The notes under the pieces were generated by a model. The model saw only the letters and a program-made list of their open reading frames with translations, did not search any database and had not been told where the DNA came from. From Clostridia bacterium (GTDB lineage Bacteria; Bacillota; Clostridia; Christensenellales; UBA1242), in the NCBI GenBank assembly GCA_017398655.1, contig JAFQFI010000008.1, positions 1-60,472 on the forward strand: a DNA stretch of 60,472 nucleotides, read 5' to 3'. The position numbers were made by a program, and so were the translations under genes. Positions 18,932-27,062 of this stretch are shown one piece after another; the first letter of the stretch is position 1, and each line of letters starts with the position of its first letter.

Positions 18932-19757
18932 CTGAATCTTTTTTAGTAATTTTTTTTAAAATTTCTTCCACTTTTAATTTTGTACTATTTGCTTTACTAT
19001 TACTGATAAACTGAAATTCCTCATTCTCACTTATGAGATAATCTAGATCATCCAAATCATAATAATTACTGCACTTTTGTTCCCATCTTTCAAAACGAAG
19101 TTTTATTATTACTTCATCTAATAATTTTATTGTCTCTTTGCCTATTCCTAAAAAAATTTTCAATTCTTTTTCACTGATTTTTTCTAATTCATATGCTCTT
19201 ATAACTGCAGTTTTATAAGGAACCATAAATGAATCCATTAATTTTTCAATATAAAAAACTTTTTCTTTTGATGTTTTTGGTTCTCTTTTACAAACAAGTT
19301 CAACCCTCTCTTTAGGCATTAGAAAACAAGAACTAAAAGCATTTGCCTTTTTATCGTTTATATTGCACTCAACTTCATTTGGATTATCCTTAAGTACATC
19401 TATTAAATTGTCATCCGTAGAATCTTCATGATTTTCTAGGAAATCAATAAAATGATAGAACTCATGAGCTAATGCTACATTTTGTTTGTTCATTGGAAAT
19501 TCTGAATTTATAACAATGAAAAATATTCCAGATATTTTATAAAACATACCCCATACTTGATCATCGTTAAAAGGAAGATATAATATTTTTAAACAAACAT
19601 TCTTTCTTTCTGCATATTCCTTTATAAATAATTTAAGATTATAAGCAATAGGTGTTAATTCTGAAATATTATAAAGAATCATGTTAGCTTTTTTTTCAAT
19701 ATCTCTAAATAAACTTTTATCAGAATAAAACAAACAATCTTTGATTTTAATAGACAT
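18924..19757 (-). CDS. ImmA/IrrE-family (M78, COG2856) zinc metallopeptidase
   Basis: 277 aa with the HExxH motif ALAHEFYHF. Its ATG directly abuts the stop of the upstream XRE gene, and the SD AAGGAGG lies inside that gene. Confidence 0.7.
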   Translation of the reverse strand: MSIKIKDCLFYSDKSLFRDIEKKANMILYNISELTPIAYNLKLFIKEYAERKNVCLKILYLPFNDDQVWGMFYKISGIFFIVINSEFPMNKQNVALAHEFYHFIDFLENHEDSTDDNLIDVLKDNPNEVECNINDKKANAFSSCFLMPKERVELVCKREPKTSKEKVFYIEKLMDSFMVPYKTAVIRAYELEKISEKELKIFLGIGKETIKLLDEVIIKLRFERWEQKCSNYYDLDDLDYLISENEEFQFISNSKANSTKLKVEEILKKITKKDSVE

Positions 19758-20108
19758 TTATGCCTCCTTATTATCATTTAAGTATTGTTGTTCAACAATA
19801 ATATCTGATAACTCAAAAATCAATTCAAAAGTTTTATTTGTCTCTTTTTTTGTAATCTCTCCCATAAGTTGAGCAGAAACTTTTTCTTTTAAAACTTTTC
19901 TTTGTCTTGTCAAATCTTCTATTTTACATGAAAAAAAATTAGCAATCTTTGCAAATTCGCTTGCTAATAAATTTCTCTTTCCTGCTAAAATTTTATTTAC
20001 TGTTTGTCTTGGCAAATCTAAAAACCTTCCTAGATCTGATTGTTTCTTCTTTTGTTTATTAAGTAAATCTAAAATATTTTGAGCAACCATTAAATCAAAA
20101 TTTTCCAT
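19758..20108 (-). CDS. XRE-family helix-turn-helix regulator
   Basis: 116 aa. QSDLGRFLDLPRQTVNKILAGKR is an HTH_3-type motif. Strong SD (AAAGGAGGG). Confidence 0.8.
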   Translation of the reverse strand: MENFDLMVAQNILDLLNKQKKKQSDLGRFLDLPRQTVNKILAGKRNLLASEFAKIANFFSCKIEDLTRQRKVLKEKVSAQLMGEITKKETNKTFELIFELSDIIVEQQYLNDNKEA

Positions 20109-20131
20109 AATTACTCACCCTCCTTTGGTAT

Positions 20132-20159
20132 TTTATATTAATTATTATGTCCTTGTCAA
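20132..20159 (-). promoter_or_regulatory. putative promoter of the XRE-ImmA-PIN operon
   Basis: TTGACA, 16-nt spacer, TATAAA on the minus strand just upstream of the SD. Confidence 0.4.
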
Positions 20160-20281
20160 TATTAAATATGCAAAATGTAACTAAATTAGTGACAAATGTA
20201 CATAAAAATTTCTTATTTAGAAGACATTTTTTAGTAAAAAAATTTTAATATAATCTAATAATTACTTCAATCTTTAGTGAC

Positions 20282-20320
20282 AAAAAAAATAAATCCAAAG
20301 ATTTTTTGGATTTATTTTTA
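20282..20320. terminator. bidirectional terminator downstream of the kinase gene
   Basis: Hairpin AATAAATCCAAA-N6-TTTGGATTTATT with A- and T-runs on either side. Confidence 0.65.
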
Positions 20321-20476
20321 AATATTTTCTTTGATTAAATCTCTATTTAATCTAAATATTAGATAACAAAATCAATTATAAAATTACATCAATTATAGAA
20401 AGAATTAAAAATCAGATAAAGTCTCTTATTAAGTCACTTATAAAGTTCAGTACAAAAATTTTAAAATTGTGTTTCA

Positions 20477-21610
20477 TTAAAAAGGCAAATCTTCATCTAT
20501 TTTAACTTTTACTTTAGACAATTTTGCTTTTATACTTTTTATTACAATTTCTTGAAAATGCCTATCTTTTCTTTCAAACCAATTTAAAAAATCTTTAACC
20601 AATGCTGTTTCTATTCTTATGCCATTTGAATATGCATAATTATTTTTCACAAAAATCGATATTAGACTGGAGTTTTCTATTAAAACATTCTCCAAACAAT
20701 TTTCTTCTAATAAATTCTCTAAACCGTTTATTATTTCATCAACATTATCGTTAATCTTTTGTTCTGAAGAATGGTGATCTAAAGCCAAAATCATGCTAGA
20801 TGAAAAATTTAAATAAATTTCTTTGTCTTTTTCTGTTATATCTAATCTTGTTAACTCTTTATGGTTTATTTTATTTAAAATATCTTCAAAAGAAGCAAAC
20901 CTTTTACTAGGATCAGTTTCCAACATCTTATTTAAAATTGTTTTATACTCAAAATTGTTTAAACTATTTTTTTTCAAAAGTCTACTAAACAATTCTGCAA
21001 GACAAAACATATCTGTTTTTGACGTGTATTTCCCTACATTTATTTCAGACGGTATTTTTTCCATTCCTCTTCTATCTATAACTTTATTTAAGCTATCTTT
21101 AGACATTGATGATTCAGAGAAATCTTTTCCCAAACCAAAATCTATTATTTTTACAACGCCATTTTTGTCAATCATAATATTATTTGGTCTAATATCTCTA
21201 TGAATTATGTTGTTTTTTTCTAAACAATTAAAGGCGTTAATTAATTGTATAAAAATTGAATTCGCATCAATTTCAATATCTTTTTTTGATAGATACTTGT
21301 CAATAGTTTCTCCGTCAATGTATTCCATTAATATAAACCCAGCATTGTATTCATCATATAAATAATAATTATAAATTCTCACTATGTTTGGATTATTAAG
21401 TTTGTACATTATTTTTATTTCTTTTTTAAACATATCATAAAAATATTTTATATTTACACCTTCTTGAGGAAGATATTTTTTACATACAAAAAGTTCTTCT
21501 AGAGAATTATCCCTTAGTAAAACTGTTTGCCCACAAGAACCTTTACCTAATTTTGCATTAACCATTGTATAACTTTTTGTCTTTATAAAATTAATTATTT
21601 CGTTTTCCAT
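20477..21610 (-). CDS. Hanks-type Ser/Thr protein kinase with unknown C-terminal domain
   Basis: 377 aa. Has LGKGSCGQ (G-loop), VCKKY, HRDIRPNN and IIDFGLGK motifs, followed by ~125 aa of unknown function ending in DEDLPF. Confidence 0.8.
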   Translation of the reverse strand: MENEIINFIKTKSYTMVNAKLGKGSCGQTVLLRDNSLEELFVCKKYLPQEGVNIKYFYDMFKKEIKIMYKLNNPNIVRIYNYYLYDEYNAGFILMEYIDGETIDKYLSKKDIEIDANSIFIQLINAFNCLEKNNIIHRDIRPNNIMIDKNGVVKIIDFGLGKDFSESSMSKDSLNKVIDRRGMEKIPSEINVGKYTSKTDMFCLAELFSRLLKKNSLNNFEYKTILNKMLETDPSKRFASFEDILNKINHKELTRLDITEKDKEIYLNFSSSMILALDHHSSEQKINDNVDEIINGLENLLEENCLENVLIENSSLISIFVKNNYAYSNGIRIETALVKDFLNWFERKDRHFQEIVIKSIKAKLSKVKVKIDEDLPF

Positions 21611-21640
21611 AACTTCTCCTTAATTTCACCATATCACAAT

Positions 21641-21680
21641 AAAAAAAGAGACTCAAGTATTTTTTTAAGTCTCTTTTTTT
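21641..21680. terminator. bidirectional terminator between the replication-like gene and the kinase gene
   Basis: Hairpin AAGAGACT...AGTCTCTT flanked by A- and T-runs. Confidence 0.6.
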
Positions 21681-22512
21681 ACAAATCTATTTCATCTAAA
21701 TTATCAAAAAGCGATTCTAACTCTTCAGTTGTATAGTTCCTGGAGATAAAAGCTTTGCGTTCTTCTTTTTGGTTTGGTTGTTTATAATCATCATAGTATC
21801 CAGTTATAATTTTATGGTAGTTGTCCATTAAGAAATCAAAATCAATTCTTGGATTGTTCTGAAGAAATAAACTTTTATCCAAAGCTGCAAGAAGAGAATC
21901 ACATTTAAAACCTACAGGAAGTAGTGTTAATCTATCCACTTTAAATCTTGGATATTTTTCGAATAAAGGAACAAGTCTCTCATCTATACTACAATTTATA
22001 TTACTACTATAATTATTATCTTTTTGAGTGTCTATTTCTATATTATATATACTACTAATATTATTATTTTTAGTATTTATATTATAATATGTTAACCAAC
22101 TTGGACATTTTTGACCAAGTTCACTTGCCAACTTGGACATTTTTGACCAAGTTAGAAGTAAAAAATATTTTTTCACTCCAACTGTTTCACTTTGCTTTTT
22201 AGATAGAACGTGGAGAGATTTTTTTGTAAGACAGATATTTATACCTGCAAAAAGATTTTGTTTCTTAAGATAACCGGCATTTACAAGCTTTGAAATTAAA
22301 CGTTTTAATTGTTTAACTTCAATGTTTAAAATTGGAAGTGCTTCAAGAACTTCTCTATAATTAAACGTTTTAAAAAGAGAAACTTCTTGGCCAGAAACAA
22401 ACTCTTCAGATATTATTGACTTGGAGAAATAAAAAAGCAGCAATAGTTCGTTTGCTGACAATTTATCTTTTAAAATTATTCTTTGTTGATAATCAAAAAC
22501 GTAATCCCACAT
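21679..22512 (-). CDS. winged-helix replication-initiator/replisome-organiser-like protein
   Basis: 277 aa. N-terminal wHTH-like segment, N/S/I-rich linker, acidic C-terminus, and internal DNA iterons. The functional call is an inference. Confidence 0.35.
   Translation of the reverse strand: MWDYVFDYQQRIILKDKLSANELLLLFYFSKSIISEEFVSGQEVSLFKTFNYREVLEALPILNIEVKQLKRLISKLVNAGYLKKQNLFAGINICLTKKSLHVLSKKQSETVGVKKYFLLLTWSKMSKLASELGQKCPSWLTYYNINTKNNNISSIYNIEIDTQKDNNYSSNINCSIDERLVPLFEKYPRFKVDRLTLLPVGFKCDSLLAALDKSLFLQNNPRIDFDFLMDNYHKIITGYYDDYKQPNQKEERKAFISRNYTTEELESLFDNLDEIDL
22096..22153. repeat. two identical 26-bp iterons, each with an internal dyad (candidate origin)
   Basis: ccaacttggacatttttgaccaagtt occurs at 22096-22121 and 22128-22153. 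Each copy contains the dyad AACTTGG-N10-CCAAGTT. The 32-bp period is not a multiple of 3. Confidence 0.7.
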
Positions 22513-22571
22513 AAAAAACCCTCTAATTTTTCGCGTAGTTAAATTAGGGTATTGATTTTAATACCCTTTTT

Positions 22572-22789
22572 TTATAAAAAAGTCGATTTTAAAGCATTTT
22601 CGAGTGCTACGCACACAAGAGCTGAACAGCGTTTTTCTAATCGGATTTTCGATAATATATTTGCTCGTCCATACTCTTGCATACATATCGCACTACAGCA
22701 ACAGGTAGCCCCATTTTGACCCACAGGGGCTAAAGCCGATCCTGTGGGTAAATAAATCAAAATGGGGCATTAACAAAGTTGCTGTAGTG
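22572..22789 (-). other. GC-rich structured non-coding block (candidate ncRNA, packaging signal or single-strand origin)
   Basis: Nested perfect stems of 12, 12 and 8 bp span 22691-22789. More small hairpins lie at 22572-22690. The composition is clearly more GC-rich than the surroundings. Confidence 0.55.
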
Positions 22790-22946
22790 TATCCCTCGTT
22801 ACCAGTTTTTCTAATTCTGTTATCTTTCCCAAGGTTGCTTTCAATATTACCTGTTTGTTGATTTTGTCAGATTTGTAAATTCCTACTTTTACCAATCTGT
22901 CAACTTCTTTCCTGCAGACCTTTCTTTCTTGAGATATTTCAGCCAT
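22770..22946 (-). CDS. small hypothetical protein (58 aa)
   Basis: ATG with AGGAGA SD. Translates to MAEISQERKVCRKEVDRLVKVG... It is below the ORF-track length cutoff, and its 3' end runs into the 5' arm of the hairpin. Confidence 0.45.
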   Translation of the reverse strand: MAEISQERKVCRKEVDRLVKVGIYKSDKINKQVILKATLGKITELEKLVTRDTLQQLC

Positions 22947-22958
22947 ATTTTTCTCCTT

Positions 22959-23261
22959 TTATTTTAAAATTAAAGTGAAAATAATAAAAATAGCAGTTAT
23001 TGCTAAATATAAAAAAATAATGAGTTTTTGTAACATTACTAATAATATATTTTTAGTTCTTTTTGCTTTAGTTAACATAATAAGAGAAGTAATAAAGCCA
23101 ACTACTAAAGTAAATAAAGCGTATGGCAGTAAAAATATTGACCCTAAAACGTCACCAGTTTTAAATGGTAAAATATTAGTAATTGGCAAAATAATTCTGA
23201 CTGAAAACGCCAAGCAAACAACTTCTATTAAAAAACCAATTAAAGATAATATTTTTCTCAT
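22959..23261 (-). CDS. small multi-pass membrane protein
   Basis: 100 aa from the ATG at 23261, with an AAGGAGA SD. About 3-4 hydrophobic helices. Confidence 0.6.
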   Translation of the reverse strand: MRKILSLIGFLIEVVCLAFSVRIILPITNILPFKTGDVLGSIFLLPYALFTLVVGFITSLIMLTKAKRTKNILLVMLQKLIIFLYLAITAIFIIFTLILK

Positions 23262-23293
23262 CAATTCTCCTTAAATAATTTTATTTACAAATT

Positions 23294-24754
23294 TTAAGCC
23301 AATTTTTTGACCTTGTAAGCCCTGTTTATAATTTCTTGGTTAAATAGTTGTTTTATTTCATCTTCGCTTAAAACGGGTGTTTTAAAGGTCTCTACGCTGG
23401 CAGATTGATATTGACAAGCATATAAATTTCTAAAAGTTCGGTCATCATAAAAACAATTTAAGTTTGGTGGTAAAACAAAAGATTTTACACGAGAGCCAAT
23501 TTGACCTTTATTTCCAACTTCAAGGTTTCCATAATCTTCATACTTGAATTTTCTAAAACCAACTGAATTAACATAAGTTCTTAAATCGGATATAATTTTT
23601 ACTTTAGTGTCTGTAGGTTCATAATTTTGAATAAACTCTTCAAGCCAAGAAACAATCCAATCTAATAGATAAGGTTTTAAAACGTGTTTTTGTTCTATCA
23701 TTTTTTTATTTTCTGCTGTAACACGTCTTGCAGAAATTAAAGTAGCATTTCCGTCTTGTTCTGTAGAAACTAATCTAAAATCCTTATACTGTCTTGTAAA
23801 TCTAAACATGTGGTCTATCAATTGGATTTTATTATTAGAAAGTTCTGGTGGAAGCATTGAACCAATTTCGTCCAAGAAAGCAACGCCTTTATATAAAAGT
23901 TTACTTTTTTGTAGTAGGTGATCTGCTGTAAATTTACAAGCAGGTTTTCCGTCTTTAAAAATTGGAATGTTACTCCAGAAACAAGGAATGCAATCGTTTT
24001 CGCTATAAAACTCATAAGCTTCAACAACTTCTATTACATGTTTTATTTTGACTTCATCTCCGGTGTACTTCCTTTGATATTCGACAATTGGAAAACCTTT
24101 TTTATCAAGGCCGATAACTTTATGTTCCAAATGAGTTCCAGAATAAATCCTTATTATTTTATTTTCCAACTTCCAATATTCAAATTGAAGATTTTTCCAT
24201 AATTTATCTGCAATTTCAATTGAGTCGTATATACCTGAAGACGACTTTCCTGCTCCAGGTTCTCCCATTCTTAAAACAACGTATTTTGACATACTTAAGT
24301 TTTCAGAATGTGATATTACAGATAGTTCATAAAATTCGTTAGAAACAAAATATATAAGGGTGAAAAAAGTCGCAACTGCTAAAGGAATAAAAAGTATTAG
24401 TTTTTTAGCTGTAAATCCAAAAGATGAAACATAAAGAATATCTAAAAGCAAAACTATAATAAATTCAATCAAATAATGAAAACGTGCTAATTTTTGAAGA
24501 AAAGATTTTTTTACTTTAAAAACCAAAACTTTATCTATTAAGTTTTCATCGTCTTCCGGTTCTGGTTCATAAAATTTTGTTTGAGCTTCTTCTTTCTTTT
24601 TAAAATACTTTGCATAATCTCTCCAGTGCTGGAGGGCAAATAAATCTTCTTTTAAATGTTTATCTGCCAACTTCCAACGCTGTTTTGTTTTTTGATTACC
24701 TTTGTATTTTGAATATGTTAATAATTTAGGTTCTGAATAAGTTAATAACTCCAC
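23294..24754 (-). CDS. membrane-anchored P-loop NTPase, Zot-like
   Basis: Probable GTG start at 24754 after GAGG. Two TM helices are followed by Walker A GEPGAGKSS, Walker B AFLDEIG and FRFTRQYKDFRLVSTEQD, resembling the Zot/pI family pattern. Confidence 0.55.
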   Translation of the reverse strand: MELLTYSEPKLLTYSKYKGNQKTKQRWKLADKHLKEDLFALQHWRDYAKYFKKKEEAQTKFYEPEPEDDENLIDKVLVFKVKKSFLQKLARFHYLIEFIIVLLLDILYVSSFGFTAKKLILFIPLAVATFFTLIYFVSNEFYELSVISHSENLSMSKYVVLRMGEPGAGKSSSGIYDSIEIADKLWKNLQFEYWKLENKIIRIYSGTHLEHKVIGLDKKGFPIVEYQRKYTGDEVKIKHVIEVVEAYEFYSENDCIPCFWSNIPIFKDGKPACKFTADHLLQKSKLLYKGVAFLDEIGSMLPPELSNNKIQLIDHMFRFTRQYKDFRLVSTEQDGNATLISARRVTAENKKMIEQKHVLKPYLLDWIVSWLEEFIQNYEPTDTKVKIISDLRTYVNSVGFRKFKYEDYGNLEVGNKGQIGSRVKSFVLPPNLNCFYDDRTFRNLYACQYQSASVETFKTPVLSEDEIKQLFNQEIINRAYKVKKLA

Positions 24755-24755
24755 A

Positions 24756-27062
24756 TTAAACCTCAAATTCAATAGAATCAATTGTTAATGATGTCACTTT
24801 TCCATCAGTAAAACCTACAGGATTTTCTTCACCAGAAGCGTAAACTTTATTTATTTTTTCATACGATTTTACATAGATTTCTAAAGAATTAGTATCTAAA
24901 TCAATTTTTGCAGAAAAATATAGTGGGAAATAATAATAAGTAGAATCATTATACTGTTCGTTAAAAACTCCCATATAAGCAAAACTTTTAGCTAATAAAG
25001 GAACTGTAACTAATTCATCTAATTTATAAAGACCACTTTCTTCATCAAAAGTTAAATTTAAATCATAATCAACTGATTTATTTACACTATAACTATTTAT
25101 TTTTGTATAAGAAGAACCAAAAGTTTTCACATAATTTACCGTTTCAAGATAATAAGAACTAATATTTATAGCAATATTTTTAAAATCAGTTATAGGTTGC
25201 TCCAAAGAAGATAAATCAACTGTGAAAGTTGTATATGTGGAATAATTACCAGTTCCACTAAAAGCAGTTCCATATGTTAAAGTTTTTGATGCAATTTTAT
25301 AAATTGGATAAAAATCAGTATCTGAAGTTATTGCTATTGTTGAAATATCTATTACTGTTTCTTGATCTGTTGACCAACCAACAAAAACATATCCTGTTCT
25401 ATCACTTAAGATAGGTGTAACAGAGTATTTGTCTGTTTCAATAAGTTGAGTTTCTAAAATTACTAATTCTTCATTTTCATCATAGCCATAGAAATTAACA
25501 ACGTTTAATCTTTCAAATTCAGCAATATATGTTGTATGGCTTGTAATTGCTTCAGATAACACGTCTGTTAATATTCCATTCTTTAACCAGCCATTAAATT
25601 TATATCCGTCCTTTATTGGCTCTGCAGGAAGTTCTGGATAATGATTTAATTCAATTATTTGAGAATTATGTATATCTTCACTATCCTCATCAAGTTTGAA
25701 TATAACGTCAAAACTATAAGTTATATTTGCAACTAAAACAGTATCTGCAACAATTGGTGTTGTTGTTATATCAAATACAACATCATTTGAGTACCAACCA
25801 TTAAATTTCCTGTAAACACTACTTTCAACTTCAATTTCTGAAGCGTACTCATTATTTCTTACAATTTGAGTGTCTTGAGTAGTATCTTCATAAATAAAAG
25901 TTACTGTGTGAAGTTTTGTAAATACAGCTACAAAAATTGTATCTTGTGTTATTTGAATTTCTGTAGGATTTACTTTATCAACACCATTCAAAGACCAATA
26001 GTCAAACTCATATCCGTCTTTTACTGGCTCTGCAGGAAGTTCCGGATAATAATTAAGTTCTATAATTTGAGAACTATGTAAATCTTCATCTACTTTAAAC
26101 TTAACATCATATCTGGTTGTTATATCAGCATAAAATGTTGTATTTGCAGAAAGTGGATAAGAACTTAATTCAACTTCTTGTTTTTCTCCGTCAACTTCAA
26201 CGTACCAATAATTGAAAGTTACATATTCAGTTGATTCTGGATTAACAAGTGCAGGTGTAGTTCCTTTATTAATTACTTGAATGTTATAAACGCTATTATT
26301 AAAATAGAACGTTGCAACAACTTGATTTTCGTTTTCTAAATTTTTGATATATTGTTCATAATATTCAATTGATTTTTTTAAGCTTTCAACTTCGTTTTTA
26401 AGTGAAGTTAAAGCTGCAGAATTATTTTCTGAAGCAGTTGTCATTTCAGAAATTTGTTTATTTAAAGTTTCAATTTGTAAATTCATATTTACAATTGTTT
26501 GAGTGTTTAAATCATTGGTTGATTGTAAAGAAGCATTTACTGTTTGAAGATTTGAAATTTGTTTCTGAAGTAGCTCTATTTCTTCAGATTTATCTTCATC
26601 ACTTGCTTTAAGTTTTGTAACTTCATTTTTTAAATTTGAAATAGTTACTTTGTTTTCTGCAATTATTTTTTCATTTTCAGCATTAATTGTTTCTAAAGAA
26701 AGTACTCTATTTTGATAAGTATTTCTTTCACTTGTTAACGTTGAAATTTTAGTTTGATATTCCCAATTATTGTCTGTTAATACTTTAATTTGAGATTGAG
26801 AATCTGCTATTTCTTTTTCATAAGTTGCTACAAGTTTTTTATAGTAACTTTCATTATTCTTGGCGTCAGAATAACCGTCATTGTAAGCATCAGAAGTTAT
26901 TTCATCTACTTGTGTTTGAGTATAAATAGAACTTCCTTTTATAAGAGCAAATAACCCCTCTTTATTATTAAAAGTCCACCAAACACCAAAAACTAACGCT
27001 CCCACAATCAGTACACAAACCAAGGAAAAAGCTATGCTTCTTGCGTTCTTATTTTTTTCCAT
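24756..27062 (-). CDS. N-terminally anchored surface protein: coiled coil plus repeated P.P.K.GY.F.GW (Listeria-Bacteroides-repeat-like) domains
   Basis: ATG at 27062 after GAGGAGG. TM helix, ~200 aa of heptad-like sequence, then repeats such as YPELPAEPVKDGYEFDYW and YPELPAEPIKDGYKFNGW. Confidence 0.6.
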   Translation of the reverse strand: MEKNKNARSIAFSLVCVLIVGALVFGVWWTFNNKEGLFALIKGSSIYTQTQVDEITSDAYNDGYSDAKNNESYYKKLVATYEKEIADSQSQIKVLTDNNWEYQTKISTLTSERNTYQNRVLSLETINAENEKIIAENKVTISNLKNEVTKLKASDEDKSEEIELLQKQISNLQTVNASLQSTNDLNTQTIVNMNLQIETLNKQISEMTTASENNSAALTSLKNEVESLKKSIEYYEQYIKNLENENQVVATFYFNNSVYNIQVINKGTTPALVNPESTEYVTFNYWYVEVDGEKQEVELSSYPLSANTTFYADITTRYDVKFKVDEDLHSSQIIELNYYPELPAEPVKDGYEFDYWSLNGVDKVNPTEIQITQDTIFVAVFTKLHTVTFIYEDTTQDTQIVRNNEYASEIEVESSVYRKFNGWYSNDVVFDITTTPIVADTVLVANITYSFDVIFKLDEDSEDIHNSQIIELNHYPELPAEPIKDGYKFNGWLKNGILTDVLSEAITSHTTYIAEFERLNVVNFYGYDENEELVILETQLIETDKYSVTPILSDRTGYVFVGWSTDQETVIDISTIAITSDTDFYPIYKIASKTLTYGTAFSGTGNYSTYTTFTVDLSSLEQPITDFKNIAINISSYYLETVNYVKTFGSSYTKINSYSVNKSVDYDLNLTFDEESGLYKLDELVTVPLLAKSFAYMGVFNEQYNDSTYYYFPLYFSAKIDLDTNSLEIYVKSYEKINKVYASGEENPVGFTDGKVTSLTIDSIEFEV

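Noticed and set aside
20823-21203. 126-aa ORF antisense to the kinase gene
   Set aside because: It is a shadow ORF of an AT-rich gene. It has no SD and a hydrophobic low-complexity translation.
22572-22760. 62-aa ORF from the ORF track (MIYLPTGSALAPVGQNGATCCCSAICMQ...)
   Set aside because: It has no SD and runs straight through the perfectly paired arms of the nested hairpin. Its odd Cys/Ala/Gly composition simply reflects the GC-rich stems. I treated it as non-coding structure.
22572-22789. Retron msr/msd interpretation of the long hairpin
   Set aside because: No reverse transcriptase ORF lies anywhere nearby or elsewhere in the window. I could not find the flanking a1/a2-type repeats or a conserved branching-G context.
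22975-23274. 99-aa plus-strand ORF overlapping the 100-aa membrane-protein gene
   Set aside because: The minus-strand ORF has an AAGGAGA SD, fits the operon direction, and encodes clean TM helices. The plus-strand ORF has none of these.
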